Origin: Mobula hypostoma
Taxonomy: Eukaryota
Assembly (NCBI RefSeq): GCF_963921235.1
Contig: NC_086109.1
Location: 4,094,001 to 4,158,000, forward strand
Length of the DNA: 64,000 nt
Reading direction: 5' to 3'
Part shown: positions 24,266 to 37,244 of the stretch, in pieces
Position numbering within the stretch: the first letter of the stretch is position 1
Layout: each line of letters opens with the position of its first letter
Notes under the pieces: model-generated
What the model was told of the DNA's origin: nothing
The model's database searches: none
Seen by the model: the letters and a program-made list of their open reading frames with translations, nothing else
Translations under genes and position numbers: made by a program

Positions 24266-26289
24266 TTCGCCATTGGTCTAAATGCCATTGCCTGCAAGGC
24301 TGTTGCTGCCTCCTGCCCTGGTCCTTCTGGCTGGATGATGCATTTTAGGAGGCTGCTGTCTAAGTAGCCTGCCTGAATAACTGCAATGCATCACTGTCAA
24401 ACGCTTCAGGGGATTAATTATAACAATAGTGACAGGACAGTGTTATATGTTAGAAATCAATGATGGACCAAACACCACAAAACTGAATTATTTATCTCTG
24501 GCTCTGCTTTCTGCTTATTACTTTACAACAGTGAATTTACAAAAAACAAAATTTCCTGCTTGAGTTTCTGTGCCCAGTTAACCTCAGATAAAATCATTTC
24601 ACTCATGTTATCTCGAGGGCTTTATTCAACTTGCTGTTCCTTGCAGAACAATGCAACGTACTCCAAGACATCTGCAGCCTCATTCCCGCCTTAGGACCAG
24701 AGCTTGCTAAGAGTTGGCTGGGACTAGTCCTGAAAGGAGACGAAGGCGGTTCAGTCAGCACAACCCTGTAAGATTTTCCAGAGTGAAGCTCGAAAACAAA
24801 AAAACAGCCAGGGCTTCACCCTCGGCCCCTTCCCCAACACAAATCTAGTGAGGACTGTTGGCGATGGCATCATTATGGGCACTTCTGCGTAGACAGGCAC
24901 ATGATGATAGATAAAAGTGTAAGGCTATGTAGAAGGGATGGGTTAGATTGATCTCAGAGTAGGCTATAAGGTAGCCACAACATTGTGGCCCGCGGGGCCT
25001 GTATACTATGTTGTACTGTTCTCTCTTCTATGTTTGCAAGGCAGAACCAAGCCATCATGTCTGCTGGGATTGTGTTTGACCACCAGTTGATTTGGATTTA
25101 ATGATCACATGTCCATCGAAACACTGGGGGCGAAGCACCTTGCCCGAGGGTGATCTGCAGTCTAGCGGAGGGAAAGATTGACTTACGTCTCCTTTGGCAG
25201 AGATGTATCGCCACCCTGTCACCCCTGTTTAGCCCTTGATGTTTCGATGGAGGCAATGGCAAACCACTTCTGTAGAAAAACCATGATCAAGACCATGAGC
25301 GCCCACTTCATAAGACATGGCACATAATGATGAAGATGGCATGGAAACATACAAAGAAATACTTCATTTGCGTTAACAGCCAACACAACGTGAGGATGTG
25401 CTGGGGGCAGCCCGCACATGTCACCACACATTCCGGCGCCAGCATACGTGTTCAGCAGCACAAAACGCAGCCAACATACAACAAAGCAGCCAACAACAAC
25501 AACAACAAAGCAGACCCCTTTCCCCACTTGCACACACGGACCCCAGGATAGTCCATCGCTGGGGCCTCCAACCTCCAGACCTACAATCCTAAAGGCAGCA
25601 GGTTTCACCGAGGTGGGTAGGCATCGCAAGTGAGGACGGTGAGTTGAGGGTGGTGTTGGTGAGCAGGTGGTGTTGGGCCAGGAGGGTGGTGTAAAAGTCT
25701 ACATTGTACTGGCAGAGTGAGAGCCCAGCAGAGAGTGATCCCTCTCAGAAACACCCCCAACCACGTAACTCACCCCGCCCCCCCCCCCCAGACTAGCTGT
25801 GGACCCTGCTCCAATGACCAACCTGCTTTGGACTGACTGACCTACCTACCCAGCTCCCCCAAGAACAGAATTATTACATCCCTATCACACAAGGGGCAGA
25901 GTTGGGCCACACCTACAGGACTTACACTGTAAACAGGCCAGTGTCCATAACCACCAAGTTTATGCCTCATTCTTAACTTCCAATGAACCTCTGAATCAAC
26001 ATGACCAAAGTTCAAAGTACACTTATCATCGAAGTATGTATGCATCATACGACCTTGAGTTTCATCTCCTTACAGGCAGCCACAAAACAAAGAAACCCCC
26101 AAAAAACATTAAAAAATAGAAAACCGTCAAACACCCAATGGGCAGAGAAAAGAAAAAAAAACTCATGCAAACGATAGACATGAGCAAATAACGTTCTGAA
26201 CTTGAGTCTACAAAGACAGTCCATCTTCAAATCCTTAGTTCAGTGCAGAGCCAAGTAAACGTCATGAGGCTGCGAGCTGAACACAGCCC

Positions 26290-26725
26290 AGCCCATCACA
26301 CAAACCAATCTTCCATCCTTGGACTCACTTTACACTGCATGCTGTCGGAGCAGTGCTGCCAGGATAATCAAGGACACGATCCACCCAGCCAACACATTTT
26401 TTGTCCCTCTTCCCTCCGGGAGAAGGCTCAGGAGCTTGAAGACTCGTACGGCCAGATTTGGGAACAGCTTCTTTCCAATGGTGATAAGACTGCTGAACGG
26501 ATCCTGACCCGGATCTGGGCCGTACCCTCCAAATATCCGGACCTGCCTCTTGGTTTTTTTGCACTATCTTACTTTCCCTTTTCTATTTATGATTTATAAT
26601 TTAAATTTTTAATATTTACTATCGATTTGTACTCCAGGGAGCAGGAAGCGCAGAATCAAATATCGCTGTGATGATTGTACGCTCTAGTATCAATTGTTTG
26701 GCGACAATAAAGTAAAGTAAAAAGT
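26290..26725 (+). mobile_element. Rex1/Babar-type LINE 3' end
   Basis: AARIIKDTIHPANTFFVPLPSGRRLRSL with a (taaag)n tail. Close sister copy at 42445-42835. Confidence 0.85.
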
Positions 26726-26857
26726 ACCTCTCCTCGGGCCTAGACACTTTAACCCCTTCAATTTGTCCTGGCGCCTAAATCATCATCTGAACGTGGGGTT
26801 CAGTGGCTTCGATACACTCTGGGGCCTGAGCCCTGCAGCCTTGATTCACCCTGTTCC

Positions 26858-27590
26858 CAGACATCCCACCCTGCAAGAACTGATTTCAGGGAGGTAGCAC
26901 CATCAATTTGTGGGAGACTTCCGGGAGAGGTGGGATGTCTGCAATAGAGTAGCTCCTTAGCAGCTAGCCAGCTAGTTTAAATAACGTTAGCTATGCTAAT
27001 GAACGAATGACACCTGTTAAACTCACCTCAGCATGTCCTTTACAGTCTTAACCCACCATGGGCAATAGAAAAGTCACTGTTGCAAACAGTGCAGCGAGCA
27101 ACACTGTCATTATTTTTGACCCCTATTAGGCAGGGGTACACTTGAGTGTAGTCTGGGGCGATGTATGTTTAATATTTTTTTGGAACACTCCACCATGGCG
27201 CGCTCTCGCTCTCGTGCTCTCGCTTGTTTTCTGTCTTGTTCTCCTGTGCTCTCTCTCTCACCTGCTTTCTTTCTCTCTCGCTTGCTTTCTCTCTCGCGCT
27301 CTCTCTCTCTCACTTGCTTTCTCTCTCACGCTCTCTCTCTCGCTCTCGTGCCTCGCTTGCTTTCTCTCTTGTTCTCTCGCGCTCTCTCTCTCTCGCCTGC
27401 TTTCTCTCTCCCTCTCCCTCTCGCTCGCGCTCTCTCTCGTGGTCACTCTCGCACTCTCTCTTGCTTTTTCTCGCTCACTTGCTCTCAAAAAAATTGATTT
27501 CCGTGATATTGTATATAATTTGCGGGCATCAGGGAGCCACTAATCATATGCGGGAGACTCCTGAAACTTCTGGGAGAGGTGGGATGTCTG
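26858..27590 (+). mobile_element. Non-autonomous hAT-type element
   Basis: TIR cagacatcccacc / ggtgggatgtctg. Perfect 8-bp TSD cctgttcc (26850-26857, 27591-27598). Internal CT-rich tract. Confidence 0.92.
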
Positions 27591-28048
27591 CCTGTTCCTG
27601 ACCTTTCCAGTTCGGTCCGATGCTGTCCAACGCCCGTGTATTGGAGAGTCTCTAAGCTAACCTAGTGTCGGGGCAGTGGCCAGTCCATGGAACCCTGCAG
27701 CAACTCCAGGACAAGTTGGCACTGTTCCCATGGATTGTGAAAATCAATTATTTTCCCATTATTGCGTTCAGTCTGCCTTGCTGGAGATAGTTAGCTGCCA
27801 GTGTGCCGGCACTGGGAGTGTTCCTGTAACCATGACATTGACTGACCTCATCAGCACTGTTCCCATGGCACCAAGACTCTTCCTTCCTCTCGGCTTCCTT
27901 GGAACAAATGTGATTAATTCATCTAAAAACCAGGGGACAGTTTATGCCGAAAATAATGTCAACCAGCAGTTGTGTTCAGGCCTCACAGTGACAATGAGGC
28001 TTCAACATTCCAACACACCATCGCCAGATTCTGCAACATTCTGATATA

Positions 28049-28283
28049 TGTGGTGCACTATCAATTACTCCAAAAGACTGGAAGCAGAGTAAATACTGAA
28101 AGGCTTTTATTTACAGTAAAATAGACCCACATCCATGCTGAATATCTGTCCTGGACTGAGAGGAGGAGCAGTGACACAATCGCCTTTATTCAGGGGTCTG
28201 TGGGAGGAGCCATAGGAGCAGTCAGCAGAGGGGCATGTCCAGACAGGTAACCCAGTTACAACCTATATACATGGTTTACCACA
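28049..28283 (-). mobile_element. Probable solo LTR
   Basis: tgtggt...accaca termini and AATAAA on the minus strand. No clean TSD. Confidence 0.55.
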
Positions 28284-28464
28284 ATACGATAATCAGATTC
28301 CAGTTCTGGTACACAACTGCAGCCCCCTTCTTGGGCTCTCATGGAAACTTGGCTCATTGCCGTCCCCACTAATGGCCACGGGACAAACCAGTGAGGAGGC
28401 CACTTTTCATAATCAATAGGCGCCTAGGATTGGTATGACCTGGGGCCCAGACAAACAGGAACGT

Positions 28465-28965
28465 TTGGAGGCGGTGCAGAGAAGGTGAACCAGGTTGATT
28501 CCAGAGATGAGGGGGTTAGACTATGAGGAGAGATTGAGTCACCTGGGACTATACTCACTGGAATTCAGAAGAATGAGAGGAGATCTTATAGAAACATATA
28601 AAATTATGAAAGGGATAGATAAAATAGAGGCAGGAAAGTTGTTTCCACTGGTAGGTGAGAGTAGAACTAGGGGACATAGCCTCAAGATTCGGGAGAGTAG
28701 ATTTAGGATGAAGAAGAACTGCTTTTCCCAGGGAGTGGTGAATCTGTGGAATTCTCTGCCCAATGAAGCAGTGGAGGCTACATCAGTAAATATATTTAAG
28801 ACAAGGTTGGATAGATTTTTGCCTAGTAGGGAATTAAGGGTTGTGGGGAAAAGGTAGGTAGGTGGAGATGAGTCAATGGCCAGATCAGCCATGATCTTAT
28901 TGAATGAGAGAGCAAGCTCGACAGGCCAGATGGCCGACTCCTGCTCCTATTTCTTATGTTCTTGT
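28465..28965 (+). mobile_element. 5'-truncated CR1
   Basis: ORF 28495-28857 is closely similar to 2011-2391. Confidence 0.93.
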
Positions 28966-28972
28966 GTAACGT

Positions 28973-29666
28973 TGTTATGCTCTGACTAAATAAACCCCAA
29001 ACTTGAGCAAATGCACATAAATACCTTCCATACACAATTGTTGGTCAGCAAGAAATAACAAATCATATACCCTGTAAAGTTATAAGTAAAGCATATTTGC
29101 AAATATCAGCTTTATCAAACAGCTAGTAGGAAAAAAAAGGGAAAAATAAAAGGGCCCATTACAGTTAAACCGGTCTAAATGAGCATGACATTGGAGCTGA
29201 CCTTGAAGTTGTCTTTTTATTCACACGCTGGATCCACGGTCTCCATTCCAAACTTCACTCAAAATCCCTCTCGGACAAATGGGCTGTCTCTCAGGAGTAT
29301 TGGCCCTTCCTCCTTAAAGCCATTCATCTGCACAAAGCACCTTGTGCAATAGGGACACTATTCCCTATGGCATCCTCGGCCATCTTCTCTCCTGTCTCAT
29401 CTGTAGCTCTGCAGCTCCCACCAAACAGACCGTGAACCCCACCACTGTCCGTCACAAATCTCTCTCTGCCCAGCTTTCTCTAGAACTTTCTCCCAATTTC
29501 ACCACCCTGATTGGCTGACACAACATTCCTAAGTTGAACATCATAGCCACTTATCTTTCACCGAAACCCCAGACATGCTATCAGCAGGACACACTGCACC
29601 TACAGAAAGCTTCTAAATGAAAAACCCTACAGCATTAACAGTAAAAATCTCAACCAGGGCATTACA
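28973..29666. mobile_element. Probable solo LTR
   Basis: Imperfect inverted termini tgttatgctctg / cagggcattaca (TG...CA). Confidence 0.5.
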
Positions 29667-29959
29667 CAATCATCAGGTTCTGGAACATTCCGATACACAA
29701 TCATCAGATTCCGTGATATTCTGATACTCAGTCGTCAGATTCTAGTGTGTCCCTGAAATAATCTTTGGAGAAGCACAACTGGTGACTGTTCATTGGTGAA
29801 ACTCTCCGATTAAACTTTCAATCCCATTCTTCCCTCTGGCTCCAGTATTCCCACTCCCTTTCAGGTTTTACCAAATTCCTTTTGAAAGTTCCTGTAGAAT
29901 CTGATTAAGCTTCTTTTTCAGATAACAAAATCATGTCTGAATCTTGGAATTTTGGAATG

Positions 29960-30865
29960 AAGGGATCTTGGGGCCCACAGAAATTGATCCCTCAAAGTTG
30001 CTACGAAAGTTGATAAGGTGGTTAAGAAGGTGTAGTGTATGGTGTGGTGGCCATGAAGTAACGTTGCATTTCTATAAAACTCTTATTGGGCCACACTTGG
30101 AATATTGTATTCAGTTCTGGTCACCTCAGAAAAGAAAAGAAAGCTGATTTGGTACGGCCACGTAATAAGATCTGGTGGCCTTGCAAAGACCGTTCTGCAA
30201 GGAAAAGAAGGAGAGGCAGACAGAGGAAAGGATGGATGGATAACATTAAAGAATGGACAGGGAAAACATTTGTGGTGACCCCGGCTCTGGCACACAACCG
30301 CGACAGATGGAACAGACTGGTGCAAAGCTTGTCATGACGGCGCCCCGACGACTCCACCAGGAGTTAAGGGAGAAAGCTTTAGAGAGGGTGCAGAGGAGAT
30401 TTACCAGCTTTCTGACTGGATCCGAGAGCATGTCTTATGAAGATAAGTTGAACAAGCTGGGGCTTTTCCCTTTGGAGTGAAGGAGGATGATAGAGATGTC
30501 AAAATGGTAAGAGGAGTATATCAAGTAGACAGCCAGAGACTTTTTCCCTGAGCAGAAATTGCGAATACAAGGGGGCATAATTTTAAGATGAGTGCAGGAA
30601 AGTTTCGGAGGAGGTCTGGGGTAGATTTATTTATTTATTTTCTACACAGAGTGTGGTAGGTGCATGAAATGTGCTGCAGGGGTGGTGGGAGAGGAAGATT
30701 CATTAAGGACATTTAAGACACGCTTAGATAGACATATGAATGTTAGAAAAATGGAAGGCTATGTGGGAGGGAAGGGTTAGTTTGTTCTTAGAGTAGGGTT
30801 GATGGTCGGCACAACACTGTGATCCACGGGGTGTGTATTGTGCTGTACAGTTCTATGTTTCTATG
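29960..30865 (+). mobile_element. CR1 fragment with nested RTE-type LINE 3' end (~30135-30370)
   Basis: HLEYCIQFWSP is interrupted by RRRGRQRKGWMDNIKEWTG...RDRWNRLV, then ALERVQRRFT resumes. Confidence 0.8.
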
Positions 30866-31427
30866 CCGCTGTGTGTCAGATAAAAACTCACAACAGAGCA
30901 GATGAAATTGGTAGTAGTAGTTCAAATCAGTCGCTTTTCATTGCCTGTTTTCAGATCTTCCAGCACCTCCTGCCCCATCCAGTTTACTTCACTCTGTGCC
31001 GCTCCTCAGCACCCCTCATGACCTTGAACACTCCACCTCATGCTCACCAAACTTCCCTTGGGTCAAATGACCTCTCCCCTCCTAGCCCGGAACAACCTTC
31101 CCTCCTGACCCTGCACAACCTCTGCTCCCGGGGCCATCTGCAAGATCTCCTCCACGCCCCGTCTGGGACTCAGCCCTCTGCGGCAGTCCCCAGAGCTGAT
31201 CTTAGAGCTCGGACCAAGGCCGCACTCAAGGGCCAGGTCTTCACTCCCTTACGAGCTGGAACCACTCCCTCTGTTCCCCTGACCATCTCCAAGCTGACGT
31301 GAGCTCTGGCCCCAGTGGTCTGTTTCAGGACCAGATGTTGGACATGAGCCCTGGACATGATGGCTGGACAGGACACTGGTGCCAGATTGTTTCTTCTTCC
31401 AGTGAATCTGGAGGATTTGTCCAGGAA

Positions 31428-31660
31428 CTGCTGGAGGCATTTCCCAGTGCCTGCTGTAGTTAGTTCTGTAGACAGTGCTGGACCCTATTCCAGTTTCCAC
31501 TGTAGGTAATTTTGTGAAGAATATTGAAGGCATTTCCCAGTGCCCACTGAAAGTATTTTTGTGGACAATATTGAAGACATTTTCCAGTGCCCACTGTAGG
31601 TGTTTTTTTTTTGTGGACAGTGCTGGAGGCATTTTCCAGTGACCACTGTAGGTAGTCCAG
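31428..31660. repeat. Degenerate minisatellite (~45-50 bp units)
   Basis: Recurrent ggcatttcccagtgcccactgtag and ttgtggaca motifs. Confidence 0.7.
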
Positions 31661-32182
31661 TTCTGAGAACATAAAGGAGGGCAGCAGATGGAATTTAATG
31701 CAGACAAGTGTGAGGTGTTGGGTGGACAAACCAGAGTAGGGCTCACACAGTGAATGTTAGGGCACTGAGGAATGAAGTAGAACAGAGGGACCAGCGAACA
31801 CACTAAGACAGGTACATGGATAGGGAAGGTTTAGAAAGTTATGGGCCAGAGACAGGTCACTGGGAATCTTCGTTGGCATGGACCAGTTGAGCTGAAGGAA
31901 TGGTATGACTCTGTGATTCTGGTCCGTTGGACTCACTGGCCTGTCAGTCCCTGCTTTGAACCTGCAGCCCTTCTTAGATATAGGCACAACCTTGGCTGCC
32001 TTCCACTCTTCCAGTACCTCAGCCTTGGTGTATGATGATACAGGGCCCAACAATTTCTTCCATGAGTTCCCACAACTTCCTAGGGATGGTATGAGAGACT
32101 AGTTTTTCACTGTACATATGAATCAATAACAAACCAATCTACCAGCTTACCAACTTAATGTGATGTTTTTCTTCAACCTCAG

Positions 32183-32245
32183 TCCAATGGAGCTGTCACT
32201 GTTCTGGAGAGGGCATGGAAGCCAACAAGATTGCAAACACTTCAG
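32183..32245 (+). CDS. CD34: CD34-like sialomucin, exon 2
   Basis: Acceptor tttttcttcaacctcag|, donor |gtgagt, 63 bp, phase 1-1. Encodes (V)QWSCHCSGEGMEANKIANTS(D), in frame with exons 1 and 3. Confidence 0.72.
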
Positions 32246-32810
32246 GTGAGTCCGGGAGTGGCTGTCATCCAGGACCGCTAATGATGTTGTGTAGTTAACT
32301 ATATGTTGTACTCTTTATGCACTTTATGCCATCTTCGACATCTAGAGAATAGTTTTTATCATCTATTAAGACGTACCAGTTTGTTAGGTTAATTGGTCAT
32401 TATAAATTGTCCTGTGATTAGGCTCTGATTGTAATCAAGGGATTGCTGGGTGGTGTGGCTCGAAGGGCCAATGCCACTTTGTATCTCAATAAAAAAGGAT
32501 ATTTTTAAAAAATATAATTTTATGCGCTGCATGTGATACACAGTATGTACTGTGTTCTGGACTTTGGTCCCAGAGGAACGATGTTTCATTTAGCTTTAAC
32601 ATGTGTGTGGTTGAATGACAATAAAGTGAGCTTGAAACAGCATCACAGACTCATCGCATGAGATGGGTTCAGTGAATAGAATAGTTTGCAGTCAGAATTC
32701 GGTGGACAAATCTATTGCTATTGCTGTCGGAGATAACTTGAATGTCACAAATTTATAAATTAACCTTAACAATACACAGTTTAAAACCTGTAATTAAAAA
32801 CAGCAATATA

Positions 32811-33060
32811 TCAAGCAACACACATCAAAGTTGCTGGTGAACACAGCAGGCCAGGCAGCATCTCTAGGAAGAGGTACAGTCGACGTTTCAGGCCGAGACC
32901 CTTCGTCAGGACTAATTAACAGTTAGTCCTGAAGAATGGTCTTGGCCTGAAGCGTCGACTGTACCTCTTCCTAGAGATGCTGCCTGACCTGCTGTGTTCA
33001 CCAGCAACTTTGATGTGTGTTGCTTGAATTTCCAGCATCTGCAGAATTCCTCGTGTTTGC
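32811..33060. mobile_element. PLE fold-back with two back-to-back hammerheads
   Basis: Arms 32811-32915 and 32923-33027 are near-perfect reverse complements around a 7-nt spacer. Confidence 0.92.
32877..32915 (-). ncRNA. Minimal hammerhead ribozyme (intact core)
   Basis: Reverse complement reads ttagtcCTGACGAagggtctcggcctGAAACGTCgactg. Confidence 0.83.
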
Positions 33061-33649
33061 GAATATATCAAGAATTCCGCCACAGGTGTGAAGAGAACAA
33101 AATACGTTAATTTTCTGGGCCGCTGAATTGTTATCCACTTTACGTCTGATTTGTACATGAGGAGTCTTTAAGAACAGAAAATAATTTCTGTTTGAAGATG
33201 AGTTGTTAGATGAAGCAGAGAGGTATTTAGTCCTGCTTCTTTAATCCTTCTATAATTGTTAACGGGAAATGCAGAGGGAACCTGCTGAGGGTTTCTGCCA
33301 TAAACACTCGATACCTACTGCCTGAAGGTAGGTGAGTTGCCTTTCAGAAAGTTGTTGGCACACCCGCCCACACATTAAAGTTCACTAGAGAGAAGGCTCC
33401 AACTAATCACCTTGTAAACTGTACCAGCTTCCAGGGCCCGCATGTCTGAGAGACCTGGCCTGCCTCCAAGAGTTACTCCAGAGATACCAAAACAAAAACA
33501 GATTGTGTAACAGAGTTCCGATTAATTCCCTCTTACTGCTGGTTTTGTCAGTCTTTTTGAATCCATCTTGGAAGCCAGAACATTAATTTTCTGAGCTTTA
33601 GTGGTAGGTTGGCCTGTGCTAGTATCTCAATAGGCAGACAACTCTTTGT

Positions 33650-33984
33650 TCACTCTCTCTCTCTCTCCCCCTTTATCTGTCTCAGTGTGTCTCTCTCTCT
33701 TTCTGTCTCTCGGTGTGTGTCTCTCTGTCTGTCTCTCTCTCAGTGTGTGTCACTGACCCCTTCTCTCTCTCTCTGTCTCACACACAGACACACACACGCA
33801 CTGCAACCTCTCCCAGAGCTGCCCACCACATACACACAGACGTACAACCAAGACTTTACCAAAAGTTGAAAAACTGACAAGTCCCAGAACTGAAGTCCCT
33901 GCGGGATGGTTTTGGAACGCTGTACCAGCCAAGTGCTGAACAGACTACTAGACCTATGCTCGCTGATCCAACGATTTGCCACGT

Positions 33985-34020
<36 letters not shown>

Positions 34021-34155
34021 CCACCATCAACAGCACATTCCCCAATGGTCCCACACACCTCTACCACCCCATACACACACACACACTGAGCAGGCCTTCC
34101 CCACAGGACCACCCCACACACACACTTCCCACCAGCCTCCCCCATACACACACAC
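33650..34155. repeat. (CT)n / (CA)n microsatellite-rich tract
   Basis: Directly visible. Confidence 0.85.
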
Positions 34156-34430
34156 CCTGCTCTACCCCCTCATCCAGACATGAGGGTGCCTTACAGCACG
34201 CCACCTGCCTTTGGAACAGATGCAGGAGCCCCGTCAGGTGAACTTCAGTGCAACACCAGTGCCTGTCCTGATAGAGGGTTCATGATATGTGTTCAGCAGG
34301 ACTGGGATTGATCCCAGAAACAGTTCCGGTCTGAGTTCAGGATGAGGGTTCTCGTTCCCTGCTGGCACCATCATGACCACATGGCATGCGTTGCTTCATT
34401 TTACCAGCAGATATTTGCAAAGTTGTCGAG

Positions 34431-34784
34431 TGTCTGCTCACCAACAGACCAAATTCCATCAGTTCCCAAATCTCTACTCACTGACAAACCAAATTCCATC
34501 AGTCCCCGAATCCCTGCTCACCAACAGACCAAATTCCATCAGTTCCTGAATCTCTACTCACTGACAAACCAAATTCCATCAGTCCCCGAATCCCTGCTCA
34601 CCAACAGACCAAATTCCATCAGTTCCTGAATCTCTACTCACTGACAAACCAAATTCCATCAGTCCCCGAATCCCTGCTCACCAACAGACCAAATTCCATC
34701 AGTTCCTGAATCTCTACTCACTGACAAACCAAATTCCATCAGTTCCTGAATGTCTGCTCACCGACAGACCAAATTCCATCAGTT
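34431..34784. repeat. Minisatellite, 9 x 40 bp, alternating A/B units
   Basis: aaattccatc occurs every 40 bp from 34451 to 34771. Confidence 0.95.
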
Positions 34785-34964
34785 AGTAGTTTAAACATTA
34801 CAGATGAACCTTATCACAGACCTGAAAACAAACAATGTCGTTTGTGTCAAATCAAATCAGCGAGGATTGTGTTGGAGGTGCTCTGCAAGTGTTGCCACGT
34901 TTCGGGTGGCAAGACATCATGCCCACAACGTTCTACCTCTTCTTTATTTATTTGTTTATTGAAT

Positions 34965-35320
34965 TTCATAGCATAATAGGCTTCTCCCGCCCTTCGAGCC
35001 ACACCACCCAGCAATCCCCGAAATTATCACTAACTTAATTATAGAGCAATTTTACAATAATCGATTAGCCTACCAACCGGGATGTCTTTGGACCGTGGGA
35101 GTATGCCAGAACATCCTAAGGAAACCCGCATGGTCATGGGGAGAAGGTACAAACTCCTCACAGAGAGTGGCAGGAATTGAACCTGGGTTGCTGGTGTTGT
35201 AAAGCATCGTGCTAACCACTACATTACCATGCCACCCCCCAGGAGTCTTTGGAGTGTGGGAGGAAAATGGAGCACCAAGAGGAAACTCACATGGTCATGG
35301 TGAGAACATACAAAAAGTTC
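34965..35320 (-). mobile_element. V-SINE copies
   Basis: Reverse complement of the V-domain (gtctttggac/gtgtgggaggaaa) appears twice. Confidence 0.7.
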
Positions 35321-35759
35321 AGAGTAAATGATTTTCAAAGTACATGTATATCACCATATAATACCCTGAGGTTCATTGTTTTGTGGGCATAATCAGTAAA
35401 TCCATTGACTAATAACTATAACAGAATCAATGAAGGACCTCACCAAATTGGGCGTTCAACCATTGTGCCAAAAATAAACTACAAATAAAAAAGGAAAAAG
35501 TAATAATAATAAATAACCAATAAATATCGAGAACATGTGATGAAGAGTCCTTGAGAATGAGTCCATAGGTTGTGAGAACATTTCAATGACTGGGCAGTAT
35601 TGAAACCCAACCCTGCATCTAGTTGCTATAAAGCATTGTGTTAACTGCTTCATTACCATGCCGACCACAAACGGTACTGAGAGGGTGAGTTGAGGCTTTA
35701 TAAGGCACTGGTGAAATGGAAGATCAGACTTGATGAGCCAAATTGCCTAATTTTTTAAA

Positions 35760-36970
35760 AATTTATTCATCTTATGGGATGTGAGCATCGCCAGCTGAGC
35801 CAGCATTTATTTCCCATCCCTAGTTGCCCTTGAGAAGGTGGTGATGAGCTGCCTTCTTGAACCGCTGCATTCCCCGAGGTATAGGTACACCCGCAGTGCT
35901 GTTAGGGAGGGAGTTCCATGATTTTGACCCAGTGACAATGAAGGAATGGCGATATGTTTCCAAGTCTGGATGGTGAGTGACTTGCAGGGGGATTTCCAAG
36001 TGGTGGTGTTCCCAGGTATCTGCTGTTCTCATCCTTCTAGATTGTAGTGGTTGTGGGTCTGGAAGGTGCTGCCTTAGGAAGTTTGGTGTGATGTTACAGT
36101 GCATCTTGTACATAGTACACACTGCAGCAACTGTTCGATTGTAGAGGGATTGGTGTGGAAGGGGAACCAATCAAGTGGGCTGCCTTGTACTGGATGGTGA
36201 TGAGCTTCTTGAGTGCACTCATCCAGGCGAATGGCGAGTATTCCATTACACTCCTGACCTGAGCCTTGTAGAGGGTGGACAGGCTTTGGGGAGTCGGGAG
36301 GTGAGCTACAAGCCACAGGATTCCTAGCCTTTGACCTGCTCTGGTAGCCATGGTGTTTATATGGCTAGACCAGTTCAGTTTCCTGTCAATGGTAAACCCC
36401 AGGATGTTGATAGTGGGGGATTCAGTGATGGTGATGCCACTGAATGTCAAGGGACGATGGTTAGAGCCTCTCTTGTTGGAGATGGTCATTGCCTGGCACT
36501 TACGTCGCTTGAATGTTACTTGTCAGCCCAAGCCTGGATATTGTCCAGGTCCTGCTGCATCTGGGTATGAACTGCTTCACTATCTGAGGAGTCACGAATG
36601 GTTCAGAACATTGTGCAGCCATCTGCGAACATCCCCACTTCTGACCTTATGACAGAAGGAAGATCATTGATGAAGCAGCTGAAGATGGTTGGTCCGTGGA
36701 CACTTCCCTGAGGAACTCCTGTAGTGATGTCCTAAGGATGAGATGATTGACCTCCAACCATCACAGCCATCTTCCTTTGAGTCAGGTGTGATTCCAACCA
36801 GCGGAGGGTTTTCCCCCTAATTCCCATTGACTCCATTTTAGCCAGGGCGCCTTAATGCTGTACTCAGTCAAATGCTGCACTGATGTCGAGGGCTATCATT
36901 CTCACCTCACCTCTGGTATTTAGTTCTTTGGTCCATGTTTGGAACAAGGAGGTGATGAGATCAGGAGGTT
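35760..36970 (-). mobile_element. CR1/L2-superfamily LINE 3' part (distinct family)
   Basis: ILGFTIDRKLNWSSHI...LYKAQVRSVMEYSP...WNSLP. Confidence 0.85.
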
Positions 36971-37062
36971 GTTGGAAGCCAGACTGGGCTCCTATATTTC
37001 TGCTCCTATATCTTATGGTCATTTAGTCTTATGATCTGTATACCTCCTGTCTTGCTCCTTAG

Positions 37063-37244
37063 ATGTGAATTCAACGACTGCCAACACAACGCAATACTCC
37101 AATGTCACCACAAGCACTGAGTCAATTCCTCTTGGGAGCACCTCCATGTTTAGGATCTTAACTGACATCACAGTGTCTGCTGTGGAACGCCAGATGGACC
37201 TACACGATTCACCCAGCCAAAGTGGAGAAAAATCCCAAATACAG
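37063..37244 (+). CDS. CD34: CD34-like sialomucin, exon 3 (S/T-rich, N-glycosylated)
   Basis: Acceptor cctcctgtcttgctccttag|, donor cag|gtaaac, phase 1-0. Encodes (D)VNSTTANTTQYSNVTTSTESIPLGSTS...GEKSQIQ with three N-x-T sequons. Confidence 0.72.

Noticed and set aside
27110..27601. Leu/Ser- and Arg/Glu-rich ORFs
   Set aside because: Translations of the CT tract inside the hAT MITE.
34431..34784. CRISPR-like array or mucin repeat exon
   Set aside because: No unique spacers, eukaryotic context, and a 40-bp period with stops.
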